A stretch of DNA of 60,467 nt, counting the filler, from Catajapyx aquilonaris (taxonomy: Eukaryota): NCBI GenBank assembly GCA_000934665.2. It is 4 parts of 4 records of this genome, joined end to end, with 100 filler letters (N's around TTAATTAATTAA, not from the genome) between each part and the next. Parts side by side here need not be neighbours in the genome. Positions count along the whole stretch, not along the records: positions 15,082 to 30,275 come from JYFJ02007630.1; positions 30,376 to 45,345 come from JYFJ02007634.1; 2 more parts are not named here. One strand, written 5' to 3'. Shown here in pieces: positions 22,101 to 34,793 of the stretch. A program made the translations under genes and the position numbers. Below the pieces are notes generated by a model that was not told where the DNA came from, made no database searches, and was given only the letters and a program-made list of their open reading frames with translations. Each line of letters starts with the position of its first letter. Within the stretch, counting starts at the first letter, position 1.

Positions 22101-25100
22101 ATTTCCCGACTCATTCAAACTGTTTAAGAGGGAAGGCAGGGTAGGGTAAGTGGAGGGGGGGATAATCAGTGTTTTCTTGAATGGCGCAATTGATACGCGG
22201 CCAAGGGTGTCCTTCACCCTAATTCGACCATGTGTCCCTTTTAATTCATATTTTTTGTGGCTCCCAGTAGCGAGATCGTTGTATGACTCCAATGCCCGAT
22301 AGTTGGAAAGGCGCCAAATTTTCTGTCCACACTAGCAAATTGCCTGGTGCTGAGTTCGTTGCGTTAAAACTGACGATAAGGAAACATTTTATGGTGTGTT
22401 GGATAAGCCTCTTATCGCATGTCCATGTGTGGAAATGCAATTGTCAAAGTACTCCCTCTGAGGTGCCGCCCCCCCCNCCCCCCCTTCTACACCCAACACA
22501 CACCTGTTTGCGCGGATCACCGAACCCACATGTGCACCTTTCGCCTGTTTTGCATATGGGCCAAGCTGTTGCGGGCAGTAATGTCTCTTCCCATACGCTG
22601 CATGTAGGGCAAGCCATGGAGCCTGAGGGAAATGGGTTGAAGCTGAGTTGAAGCTTGGAGTTGGGTCTAAATTAGAAGCCCGGTGCTGGCAGGGAGTCGG
22701 ATCTGGCCTGGGTTCAAGGGGAAGTCGCTCCTTTTCCACGCCCCCGCCCCTGGCCCACCCCACCCGCCCCATTCCCGCCCCTGGGAGATAAGGAAGAGAG
22801 TGCAACACCAGAGGCGGAAATAGTGCGGGGCAGGTTGTGTCGGAGATGGGCAACTTGTGCCTACATCAGAGCTACGTGCATTTGGTGGAATCGCGTGAGA
22901 TACACGTGGGGTGGCCGCCGCGGATTTGCCCGGCGGGTGAGTTGTAATCAGGGGGCGGTTGGCCCCTGGGGATAGATGCTTATCTTGAGCTTGTTATCTG
23001 GTAGCTGAGATGATTTCGTAAGTTAGGACATGGGTAACAAGTCGCATCATCGGCTGTAGTAAGGACGGTTTTATGATGCGGTGGCAGGTGATAACTGAAG
23101 TTTAATTAATGGGTCAGGGCCAAATGCAGGATGCTCACTGTGATTGCCCTGTACGTCACAGCTTTCGCGATTTTGACTTGTCATGAATTGGGGCTTTGCA
23201 ACACTGGGTGTTAAAAGAGATGGCTTCAACAGGTGCACAAAATACCAGATCCAGAAAGGTCACATGTAATGATTGTTCAGGTGTGGTGTGGTTGGCATAG
23301 CACTCAAATGACAGATATTGCGGTGTAATCTGCTTGATAATTATATGGGACTGTGTGAATAATTTTTAAATACCACCTATGGTGTCTGATAGGGAATATG
23401 TCAATAACAATATAGGCATAACTCCAATGAACCCCACACATGCAGGTCATTGCGACAGTGAAGGTCTGGCAGTAATTTCATTAAGCTACCGCCGCAGACT
23501 GACGCCATTCATTTGCCGGATCATACCCAAATAACTTCAGGATATCCTTGTAATGGGTGGGTGTAAGGGAGTTGCAGAGAATGAAAGTTCCCTGCCTGCT
23601 AAGCAGGGTGTTGCAAGGCCAGGTTTTGCCAGATATGTACCAGTGCAATTGGGGCAGATGGGTGCAGGAATCTCTTGGACTGCTTCCAGAACCTGGGTTA
23701 AATCAAGACTCTTCCTCAGGTGATAATGGCAAATGGTGTAATAAGCTGCAAAAAGGCAACTGCAAGTACGTGGCCCTGGAGAGACATTAAACCTACTGGA
23801 GTTCCACGTGTTCCTGATGTTGCCTCTTTGAGCACACTGGAAATGTTGGTAGAGTTGGCAACAGGAAAGGATCCCTGCCAGGATCATTTTTACCTTGAAC
23901 CACTACAATTTTAGTGGAACTCGTTCCCAATAGTGAAAGATGAAGACGTGAGACTCGGACTTGTAAGCCCAATGCTCAAATCTTTTGTATGATTCAGGCT
24001 GAGAGGTCTGTTGAAAGCTGAAAGTTAATATTTTAGTTGGTGAATATCCTAAGTAAATAATTATTTGCATATGTAACACTAGCAGGTTACCCGGCATTGC
24101 CCGGGTATGTTGGGATGCTGTTAAAGGTACGGGTACATATATTTTAGGAAGTTTGTTTGTTTGTAAAATTTGCGTTCCATACACTGGAACTCGATACACC
24201 TTAAAATAAGGCCAAGTTACAATAAGCCAAAAGTTTGTAACTATCTGTGATAGATTGCCTGCTTTGGTTATAGTGTAGTCAATGTAGACATTCTGATTGG
24301 ATGTGTAAAAAGAGGAATGGGGATGGAGTTGTCCCAGGAAAAGACTGCACAGTCATGTTTTTTTCCCCAGAATATTTGACCCCATGACCCCTCAACCCCA
24401 TCTCACACCCCCACCTCTTTCCAACTGTTTGCCCTGATGAACTTGAGAAATGTACATACAGATGCCTGGTGGGAAATTTTGTTTTCAACACTGCGTAATT
24501 TTTTTAAAAAAAATCATTTTTCTTGTATTTATTTGTGTCGAGAAGTCTAATTTCAAATCTACAAAATCCCAGACTGACCATACCATATGAACTCACGTGA
24601 GGTGGCTCATTAGCGTAATTGGCGGATGAGTTGAATAATTTACGGCGATGGGACTTGTAAAAAAAAAAAAGGAGGCGCAAGATATATACAGGGTGGTCGG
24701 TAAATGGCGCACAAGCTTCAGGTAGCGAGATTCGTTGTGAAAAACCAGTATATGGAAGTGAAGGTCATATTGCTCTACGAGGCCTGGTTAGGGCTCACGA
24801 GGCCTCCAAAGTTTGGGCCAAATCATGACGTCACATCCGCCCGCGAAATTCAAACACTACCGTATCGCTACTGTCTGTGATTTCGTTGCCAGGGATTGCC
24901 ATGTTGACATCCCCCACATTTCCACCCTACAATGGAACCGTATAAACTCGCCGGGACGTTGCCAGGCATTGTCCACATGAGTTTATACGGTTCCATTGTA
25001 GTTCCTTTGCTCACACATATGCCAAATTTAAGTACTTGCACACCAAGAGTGATTTGGGCATGTTTCTCATCATTAGAAGATACACAGATGGATATAGAAA

Positions 25101-28100
25101 CAAAGAGAGAGAGGAGGCGGGAAAGGTGGGATATCTCTCTTCATCTGTCTGCTGCCCCAGGCTTGGGTGATCCTCACAGTAGATGAAGCTGCTGCCGATA
25201 TAGCTATCTGGGTAGTCAGAGAATGCAAGCCCCCCATTGCAAGTGGAGATACCTTTGGGAGGGGATTCTGGCATGCAATCACACTAGCAACAAATGTGGC
25301 CTACAGTATGGTACTAAATGTTATTGCCTCCCTGCACATGTATGTCTATTGTTCTCCAAAAAGGTGTACAGCTGCAAAATGAGACAGACATTAATTCCTT
25401 GCTGCTAAACTGAATGTGAATGAAAGTCAGCATTTCACTTTTGTAGGTATGTCATTTGCCATAAAGAATCCATGATTGCAGTGGGTACAATAATTTTTTC
25501 CTAAATGTATTTTTCTGCAGACATTGTTTCATGTCTAAAAGCATTCTATTCTCAAAGATCGCAGTTTACGATGGAAACAATTCCAGAAGGGAAGTGAGGG
25601 TTAGAGAGGATTTTTTTTTTGCTCTGCGCAGGATATTTTTATGCTGATTACCAATTTGGTCTAGTTTTTCCACAGTGTCTAAATTCAGTCTGGCAAAGAA
25701 CCTGAAGTTGAAGAGTTGGCAAGTAAAAAAATAAATCCAGCTAAGTGTAACCATGTCAGAGTTACACATTTTTATCAGTGATCTCAGAAGTGGAGATAAT
25801 TCATCACCTGTCATTTACTGGTGGACTGAATTAAGTTATGATAGAACAACATGAAGATTAAATTGTGAATATATGTTAGACACTGGGTAAATTATGCATG
25901 ACCCTAATGTTTTTTTTATTGATTATTGATTTATTTATACCCTATCGGGAGATTCAGCGCTCCATTAGGGGTGTGGAGTACCACCATTGGATGGGGTCAA
26001 GGATAGGGAAGGAAGGAAGTGGCTGAGGCCTATTATACGGAAACAACCCCAGAATTATCCTGGGGGGACCGTGGAAAATCACACAAAACCACGGTCAGGG
26101 TTGCCGGCCTCGGGATTCGAACCCATGACCACCTCAGTAGCAGTCAGGCTCCTTAACCACTACACCAACTTGCTTTGGTGACCCTGATGTATTATAGTGC
26201 TGCAATTTCTAAGCATGTTAATTTATCCATACGTTGAATAAGGTAGAGTACTGCATCGAGGTCAGGAATAATTTAGATGCATATACCCGTATACCTTATC
26301 ATGCTTAGAAATTACATCACTGTTGGTTGTAGTTCTTACATGCAGGTAGTAGTTATTGGCATTTGAATATTTAAAATGCTATATTAGCCTACCTGTTCTT
26401 GTCCACAATAGTTGCAAGTGGTTTCTTTTTCATTGTAGGTCCGATCCAGAGCACGAAGAAGCCTCGAGGAGGTTTCTTGAACTCACTTTTGTGCTGCTTT
26501 GGAGGCCATGGGAGGGGAAGTGGTAGTAAAGGCGCTGGTGGAAAAGGGAGTGGAGTCTTGGTGGGTGGGGTGGATGATGCAGGCCAGTACTCGCCTCGGG
26601 TCACCCCTGGGCCAGTTCAATTCCTCCTGCCACAGGTGCGCCACCAGGACATGCACAAGAAGTGCATGGTCATCGACCTGGACGAGACACTTGTCCATAG
26701 CTCCTTTAAGGTATAGTGATAAGCTACTGCATATATTAGGTAGTTAGTCATAAACCACATGTTTAACCCTTCATTTTTTCTTTGACACAGCCAATTAGCA
26801 ATGCAGACTTTATAGTCCCTGTGGAGATAGATGGAAACATCCACCAGGTGTATGTATTGAAGCGGCCGTATGTGGATGAGTTCCTCCAGAAGATGGGGGA
26901 GCTGTATGAATGTGTCCTCTTCACTGCTTCCTTGTCTAAGGTATGGGATGTTGACCTACATATTGAGAGTCTAGCCACACTTTTATTAGCACAGTACTTT
27001 TTAATAAATGAAAATAAGAGAAAAAGGAATTCATGCCTTGCACATATCTTATTTAAATATGATTAAGTGACTAAATCAATGTGAGAACAATGTATCCTTG
27101 AATTAGTTATTAGTTTGTAAATGTAAAAAATAGTAGTTCTTGAAGAGCTTTGACTTCTTGAACCATTTGTGTAATTGCTTTGACGCAGAGGTTAGACTTG
27201 TTGCAATAGGAAAGTTGCTTCATGTTTTAGTGTGTGATGGTGTTCTAGATTTATGTGGGTTGATTCATAAGTCATGGCACGTTTTTAAAAATTTAAAAAC
27301 ACCAACACATACACACATACAGAGATGGCCTTTGCTGGATTTTGAAGATCCGGCGATGACAATTTTATAGCAAAGAAGTGAAAATAAATCACGACGTTAG
27401 GTGTCGAAATTGTGCGCTTTTCCATTCCATCTCGATAATGACGCATGACGTATGTCCTTCAAAAATGTGAATCCATGTGTTGTGATGGTGAGCAGGGCTT
27501 GACGTATAAATTTTTTCGACACCTAACGTCGTGATTTATTTTCACTATTTTGCTTCATAATTTTTCGTAATTAAGTCACTCGAATCCATGTAGCTACATT
27601 GAAGAGTGCCGCAAAAAAATTTCATGAGGTTACCAAGCACACAATGACATGAAATAAAATGTCAACTGATACCCTAACCCATTTCTTGGCTGCTGCGGAC
27701 TGAGTTTCCTCTTAAGAGTCTTTTGGGTGCCTGTATATTTTTGCTGCACTATTTTTACAATTCTTACTACGCATTATCTTCAAATTTTTCAATTTTAACT
27801 TGGCTTGCCTTTGGCAAATAGGCAAGAGAGAGGTGGAGAGATTGGAATTACTGGAAGTGGCATGTTTGAGTAATATGCCTGGTTTTTAACTGCAGTCAAC
27901 ATTGTAAAATGTAATGTGTATTGAGTGCTATCCATAGTCATCTGGTTTGTGGGTGGTTGAAGAATAGCTGCAGGATATATTCAAGTAAACTGATGCCATT
28001 ACATTTCAGCATGATCCATGTATTGACAAATCTTTGCAGAGCATATTCACCGATATTCATGTTCAACTGATGAATTCACACAATTTGGCAACAGATATAG

Positions 28101-29038
28101 CCACTATCAGATGTGTTCATTGTATTAAATATGATTTTCTCTCATAAGTACACAGACCTTGACAGTAGAAGTTGAGAGAATGGAATTTTCTGATTATTGT
28201 GTGCCTGTTAATAATAATAATAATAATAATAATAATGATGATGATGATGATGCAACCAGTGTTATGTTACCAGAACTAGCATCTTAACTAGTATGGCTTG
28301 CACTTCAGTATGCAGACCCAGTGGTGGACCTCTTGGATAAGTGGAATGTGTTTCGTGCACGTCTCTTCCGCGAGTCCTGTGTCTTCCACCGGGGGAACTA
28401 TGTGAAGAACCTCAACAAGCTGGGGAGGGACCTGCACCAGGTTGTCATTGTTGACAACTCTCCAGCTTCCTACATCTTCCATCCAGACAATGCAGTGAGT
28501 ATCGAGTTTCAAGTGGTAATTCTCATGTGGGAAGAGTTGATGGATTCTCGCTGGGTTCACATTTGGGTTTTTAGGGGTTCTCCCGTTTCCTCCCACAATC
28601 AAGATCCGTTGCAGGGGAGTCAGTGAATAAGAAAGTGAAAGATGATCCCATAAAAGGCCCCACTATGTCCCACGGATGCCTAATATTTTGAAAAAACATT
28701 TGATTCTGAATTGCGTTTGGCCCTGTGAAAAAATTTCTACATACTCTTAGCACCTGGTTAATAAGGCTTGAGTGAATGTAATTCTGTTCTGTGCAACTGA
28801 ATCCTTGATTTGTCTTTTCTGTTTTCAGGTGCCTGTAGCGTCGTGGTTTGATGACATGAGTGACACAGAACTTTTGGACCTAATCCCATTTTTTGAGAGG
28901 TTGAGCAAAGTGGACAGTGTTTACACAGTGCTGTGCAATTCCAACCACCCATACAACAATACAATGGCAGTCGCATCACATAACCAGCACAACAGCCAAC
29001 AGATCAATAACCACTCCACTGTCAACATGGCCTCATAG
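16166..29038 (+). CDS. CTDSP: CTD small phosphatase (CTDSP/SCP family HAD phosphatase, Drosophila herzog-like), 310 aa
   Basis: Exons 16166-16280, 26439-26710, 26791-26940, 28309-28494, 28829-29038 sum to 933 nt. Family N-terminus [21 protein letters not shown], catalytic [48 protein letters not shown]. Confidence 0.96.
20044..20110 (+). CDS. Candidate alternative first coding exon B of CTDSP ([22 protein letters not shown])
   Basis: ATG plus 22 codons all ending in G/C, then A|GTAGGA, phase 1 and in frame with exon 2; downstream of a GC-rich tract. The donor is mediocre. Confidence 0.4.
22846..22936 (+). CDS. Candidate alternative first coding exon C of CTDSP ([30 protein letters not shown])
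   Basis: GAGATGG start context, 30 codons plus G, consensus donor G|GTGAGT, phase 1 matching the acceptor at 26439; three CCCGCCCC boxes and GATAAG at 22740-22795. Confidence 0.6.
24079..24543 (-). mobile_element. Non-autonomous Helitron-like element (5' end approximate)
   Basis: Minus-strand 3' end: hairpin ACCCGGGCAATGCCGGGT followed by CTAG|T at 24082-24078. Confidence 0.6.
24930..24998. mobile_element. 69-bp mini-MITE with TA flanks (Tc1/pogo-type end)
   Basis: Perfect 23-bp inverted repeat 24927-24949 / 24979-25001: TA|CAATGGAACCGTATAAACTC...GAGTTTATACGGTTCCATTG|TA. Confidence 0.7.
25911..26179 (-). mobile_element. tRNA-derived SINE (resembles the insect Lm1/Talua type)
   Basis: Minus strand: A box TGGTGTAGTGG, B box GGTTCGAATCC, body GGTTTTGTGTGATTTTCC...CACTTCCTTCC, A-rich tail; 12-bp TSD TGACCCT(A/G)ATGT at 25899-25910 and 26179-26190. 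Confidence 0.85.
27369..27554. mobile_element. MITE-like inverted repeat in CTDSP intron 3
   Basis: 33-bp perfect arms 27377-27409 / 27514-27546, extending imperfectly outward. Confidence 0.7.
28209..28251. repeat. Compound (AAT)n(GAT)n microsatellite
   Basis: Directly visible. Confidence 0.95.
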
Positions 29039-30275
29039 TAGTTTTTTTTTTTCTTTTCTGCCTTTTTTTTTGCATGTGTGTGTCAAGTTACGCTTTGTTT
29101 ATGACGATAAAGTTTTTGTTATATCTGCCCAGTGAAGTAGGAAGATGAAAAAATAGTGGACTTACCCAGTGTTGAAAATGCTGGATATTTTTTCTTTGGG
29201 GGGAATTTTTCCCCTTATGCAGAGTTTTTATTATAATAATTAATATTATTATTATTACTACGTACAATTACATTTTTGGGGTGGAAATGCGTGCAAAGTA
29301 ATCCATCCGGGTTGTGCTCATCAAACCTTTTTTTTCCGATTTATTTCTTGGGGACAAGGTGAGAACACAGCCTGCAACTGAGTTTAAAATAAAAATACTG
29401 AATGTGGGACTGAACTGAAACAGTTCGTGTATAAACAAAGAATAAGTAGACTATTGTTGATTTACAGCTGCCTTATTCTTGCAGCTCAAACTACATGATT
29501 GTACTGACATTACTTTTCTTTTCAAGTAGTGTTTCCCTCCCTCCCAGCCACATTAAGGCAGTATGCTTGGCCCAGTTTTTTGGTGCCAGTTATTTTCTCT
29601 CCTCGAGCATTTACTTACATGCCTGAAGAGCAAAACTTAAACTGAATTTAAACATGGCAACTTATGGTACTGGATTGGATTGGACTTTTGATGAAGGATA
29701 AAAGCAAACAAAAAAATAAGAATGTTTACATACTAGTCTTGTAATGAGTTTTCTTTTCTTTTCCACGTTGTACAAACCATTTGCAATGCAATTTATAAAA
29801 TGACACTTTAGGATACCGGATGAGTAACCACAACAGCAGGAAAGATCCTTTTCAAGAGTCCAACCCTGCATCAAGTACCTTTCAATAGAGAATATCGATT
29901 TGTTTGTGTTTCCTGCTACTGATTTTTGGAAAGTCACTTTTTTTTTCTTTTACCCACTCAGCTGTTGGTGCCAAGAATGCCTTTGGGTGCATAAGGGCAG
30001 TAGATTTGTTTTTTTTTGTTTTTTTTTGCATGTGTGAATCAAGTGTGTATGTGTGTGTGTGCATGTGTACATGAGTAAAGCAAAGGCACTCTACTTACTG
30101 CCCATTTTGTAGGCGCTGCAACGAATCAAAAGAGTGTCATTTCTGGACTCTACCAAACCTTTTGTAGTTGGCAGCGTAAAATTTTTTGCAATTTGATAGG
30201 AAAACTTTTTTTTTAAATATTGGTGAAGTGAGTCATATCAGACAAATTATATTAGTGGGACAGAACCGCTGTACC

Positions 30276-30375
30276 NNNNNNNNNNNNNNNNNNNNNNNNN
30301 NNNNNNNNNNNNNNNNNNNTTAATTAATTAANNNNNNNNNNNNNNNNNNNNNNNNNNNNNNNNNNNNNNNNNNNN
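30276..30375. other. Artificial spacer N44-TTAATTAATTAA-N44
   Basis: Identical to 14982-15081. Confidence 0.97.
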
Positions 30376-31918
30376 GGTTATTGTACTCGGTAAAAAGGTG
30401 TTGCTGGAAAAAACTTTGGCAATTTTTTTTCACCTCCACCACCCCCCGCTCATCCCGATGCAGAATTATTTTTTGGCGTCCTTTCCAAAATTGTGTATGG
30501 CAGGCTTTGCATGATTATGACTGCTTTTTTTAAAAAAAGGGCGTTCAGTAGGTTTCCCAAAGTAATGAACCGTAAACTGGTGATGCAAGGTGTTCAATTG
30601 CATTTCTCATCACGTGACTGGTACTACTTGCCGTAGAACAAGGGTTAAAGTCTCTGGCGGAACGGTGCGGTATAACATTTGCGTCAAAGCTGCAGTAGCG
30701 AATAGTCGCTTCAGCTGTGTTCGAACCCGATTTAGTTTCGACAGCAGTTTTATATAACTAACTTGCACGTTTTTCTACCGCGGACTGTAAGCCCTGTTCT
30801 TGCGTCGTTGCTATGCATGCGGATATATAGGAAACTTACTGAACACCTCTTCGATGTTAAAATCTGTTAGAGGCAAAGGGTAAATTTCCAGGGGTTTGAG
30901 GTTGAGGGTATATAGAAGAATAAGAGAAAAAAATGCTCGTGGAAGAGGAATGGGAGAGAAAAAAAAAATTATAATAATAATTAAAAAGTGTGTGTTTTTC
31001 AATGCTTCCAGGGTAACAGAAAAAAAAAAAAAAAGCCCCCCCACTTGCCTTTTGACATGTGTGGGTAGTTTTTCGGCCTTCTGTTCTATGATTTCTTTCG
31101 CTTGATTTGAACGATTGGTGTCTTAGAGCAAAAAAATAGTGAGGGGCCACCAATATTTTAAAAAAAAACGTCACCCCCTCCCCTCCCCGTCCCTACCCCA
31201 GCACCGTGCACCCTTCCCTTCACATTTTGCCTTTTCTCTGGAGCTGTCGGAAAAGAAGAAAAAAAAATTTAAAAAAAAGACGACTGCTCGTAATCCCATA
31301 TGTCTTAACATGCAATGCGTGTTTTCCAATACTTTTTACCGGTTACCACCCAGCCCCTTCACAAACACCTGAAACTCACAAGTTTTTTTTTTTCCTTCTC
31401 TTTTTTTATTACTATTATTTTTTTATGATTATTTTCCTGTGCTTAGTAACTTGAAAAAGAAGTTTGTATTTTATTGTATTAAAAATTGTACATTTTTGGA
31501 CTACTTTATCATCTAGTATGCTAGGAAAGTAGCCTCTGTGATGTTTTGACAAACTGCAAACTGTAGGACCAGACAAACTTTGTTGTACACAATGGTTGCG
31601 ATGCTGCAAGTAAAATGGCAAAAAAAAAAAAAAGTGGAAACAAAAAAGCCGATTTAAAAAGTGCAAATCGAGGCTGTTGTGATTTTTCATCCTGAACTAC
31701 ATCGTAATGCGGGTTGAATTCAAATGTGGTAGCCTTGCATGCGGAGGATGGATGCTGGTGTTTTTTTGTATGTAGTAAACGGCCTTGGTTTTTATGTCTG
31801 CGGGAAAGGTGGGAGGAATCTTTGCAGCTCATTAAGCAGAAAGGTGATGAGCGGAGCGGCCGTTTGCGGTTACCGCAGGTGATTTGTACGCCATTGCAGG
31901 TTTTTCAAAATCAAAATC

Positions 31919-34272
31919 ATGATCATACCGATAGTGCTGGTGGTGGTGACGGTATATCTGGTGTGTTGGTATGTCTTCGGCAAAGACACATCTAGGGAAC
32001 ATTTTCCACCCGGTAAGTATCACCTTCGATAACACTTCAGGTGTAAGTCACATTTGCGTACGTTCAACGTAATTTTAAGTGACTTGTATTGGGTATAATC
32101 AAGTCAATTTACAAAGGCAATTTGCCACGTAACACTTTCTCAGCATGTACCATGTAACATGTCCTTGTGAAGGTGACATTTCAGCAGAAAACCTGTTTTA
32201 ATGTCCTAGTCTAGTTCTGTTTTTTTAACGCATTGCATTTGCATAGGTCCACGAGGCTTGCCCATTCTTGGCTACCTTCCATTCTTGGGCAGCAATCCCT
32301 ACGAAACCTTGGCCAAAATAGGACATAAATATGGGAGTGTGTGCAGCGTGTACCTTGGCACAGAGAGGTAAGCTACTCTATACTGTTAGGTGTGGCCCAT
32401 AAATAAACGACAAGCATGTATTGCAGGGTGGTAGTTCTAAACAATGCAAGTGTGATACGGGAGGCCAGCAAGAGGCTGGAGTTTTCAGGGAGGCCCGAAC
32501 TGGAGTTCTTGAACTTGTGGACAAAATGTGGAACTGATCGGTCTCATGGTATGCAAATGTTGATGGAGATGAGCTGCGTTGAAAATGAGGAAATTTCATG
32601 TCGGCATTTTCCAGGAATTGTGCTCAATGAGGGAGGCGACTGGATGGAGCAACGTCGCTTTGCCCTTCGCAACCTCTCCAACCTTGGTTTCGGGCGGAAA
32701 AGCATGGAGGACCTGATACTTCTGGAAGTCCATGATTTTGTGAATGCGACCCTCATGCCAAAGGTCAATCAGCCCATAGAAATTGGTGACCTTTTTGGAA
32801 TGGCAGTGATCAACTCCCTCTGGACTTTGCTCACAGGGGTCAGGTTCAAGCATGACGACCCTGATCTCAGACACCTGTACCATACCATGTGCAAGTAAGT
32901 GATTTAATATGTAGGTACTTCTGTCGATAAACATGGAGATATCTCATTGCAATTTTAATTCCAGTAATGTAACTAGTATCAGCGCCGTGGGAGTGCCTGT
33001 CTTCTTCCCGGCTTTGGCCAAGAAGTTTCCAAACTTGTTTGGCTGGAATGCAATTGTTGAAGCGATTAATGATATTAAGGAACTGGCCAAGGTATTCCAT
33101 ATGTCTGTTAAGCGTAGGATATTGCTTATATTGAAACTGCCATATTCCAGTTTCTATCTTTCAATAGAGGGAAGTACAGAAGCACAAGTATACGCTAAAG
33201 TCTGATGACCCACCGAGGGATCTCATTGACATTTATCTGAAGGAGATCCAGTCGACAACTGATCCAAACTCCAGCTTTTATGAGGAACATGGAGGTACTT
33301 GCATGATTTGGCCCAAAGACTGCGTCTGTGGCCCGGTGTGCCATAATTTTAAAATTAACCTTGTAATATTAATCTTTCAAAATGCAGAGCATAACCTGAT
33401 AGTGACTGTGATGGATCTCTTTGCCGCTGGTATTGACACTACCACTACATCCTTGAGCTGGGCCTGTCTGTACTTGGCTTACTTCCCAGAAGTTCAGAAG
33501 AAGGTTCACAAGGAGATGGACAAAGTTGTAGGGGGCAGGTCCCCAAGTCTGGCTGACAAATCAAAGTACGTTTGTTAACATTCGGTGTTGTGGACAGATT
33601 CGGAGACGCATTCTTTATTGATAGGCTTCCTTACCTCGAAGCTACCTTGCACGAGATTCTAAGAATTACTGCAGTTATCCCTCTCCTGATTCAGCATCGT
33701 GTCACAGAAGACACTGGTACGACAGTCTACATTGCTCCAGTCACCATTGCATATTTGCATGTGATGCAAATTATTTCTTCCAGAATTCCAAGGATACATC
33801 ATCCCCAAAGGCACGGGTGTGATCATGAATGCCTACAACGCTTTGAGAAATCCCATCGACTGGCAGATGCCATATGAATTTAGGCCAGAGCGTTTCCTTG
33901 ACTCGGATGGAAACTTCAGAAGCTCCGAATCATTCCTTGCTTTTAGCTCAGGTCAGGGTTCTTTGGACAATATTTGCCACACACTGCTCACGTTACTGTT
34001 CACTGCACTACGGAACACAAATTGTTCTGACCCCAGTGAACCAACCAATTCATTTAAATGAATTTATACTGTTACTTTCAGGGAAGCGTGCATGCTTGGG
34101 AGAGAACATGGCCAGAATGTCGCTGTTTCTGTTCCTGGCCGATATTCTGCACAAGTTCAGGCTGGAGTTTCCTGCTGGCACTCCCAAGCCCTCGCTGGAT
34201 TTTATCAAGCCAGGAATTACATTGCATCCACATCCATATGCTGTTGTCCTCCGTGTAAGGGAACACTCATGA
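31919..34272 (+). CDS. Microsomal cytochrome P450, CYP2 clan, 10 exons, intact
   Basis: N-terminal anchor plus FPPGPRGLPILG; C-helix WMEQRRF; I-helix AAGIDTT; EILR (ExxR); PERF; heme loop FSSGKRACLG. All introns GT-AG and the spliced frame is open. Confidence 0.95.
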
Positions 34273-34613
34273 GGAGTGATGAACATCTGTTGCATCGTAA
34301 TGTTATCACATCAATGTAAATATTACCCCTCTTTGGAAATAAGCCCCATTTGGATTTAAAATATTGTTTGAAAGATATTGTAATATATCTTGTGATTTGC
34401 TGGTTTTTTGAGGGAAATTATTTGTAAAAAGTTGCAGCCAAGTGACACTTGTGTACGATATTTTTGATATCGGTATTTTTAATGTTGTTTGAAAAATCCT
34501 GTTGACATAAGGACATTAATGAAGTTGATTTTAGTTCCTAGTCTTTTCAGCTAATTGATGTTCTTGTCGAAACATTTGTTACTGTGGATTCTATTTTGCA
34601 TTGTAATAAATAA

Positions 34614-34793
34614 AGGTGTGTTTACATGTGAGCAATTTGATGAGTGACGTCTTGGCTGAGCGATGGCATCGCTGAGTAATCCGAGTAACTAATTTTGTTT
34701 GATCGATTTTCGCCTCAAACAATATTGGTTACATGGGTTACTCAGCCTCGGCGACGACTTCGCTCGTCAAATCACCCACATCTAAATGCACCT
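34614..34793. mobile_element. PIF/Harbinger-type MITE, 180 bp
   Basis: TAA|AGGTGTGTTTACATGTG...CACATCTAAATGCACCT|TAA: degenerate long TIRs and a 3-bp TAA duplication. Confidence 0.7.

Noticed and set aside
21526..22853. Several 120-166 aa ORFs in CTDSP intron 1
   Set aside because: No recognisable domains; overlapping on both strands in GC-rich non-coding DNA.
24687..24800. TA|CAGGGTG Tc1-like end
   Set aside because: No matching right end found.
26100..26179. tRNA gene
   Set aside because: It is the head of a SINE with body, tail and TSD.
27978..27995. TTCAAGTAA resembling the miR-26 5' end
   Set aside because: Only 9 nt match and no hairpin is evident.
27092..28290. U12-like donor GTATCCTTG and TCTTAAC branch-like site in CTDSP intron 3
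   Set aside because: Not at the exon boundary; the same 8-mer occurs at ~54264 with no exon context, so chance is sufficient.
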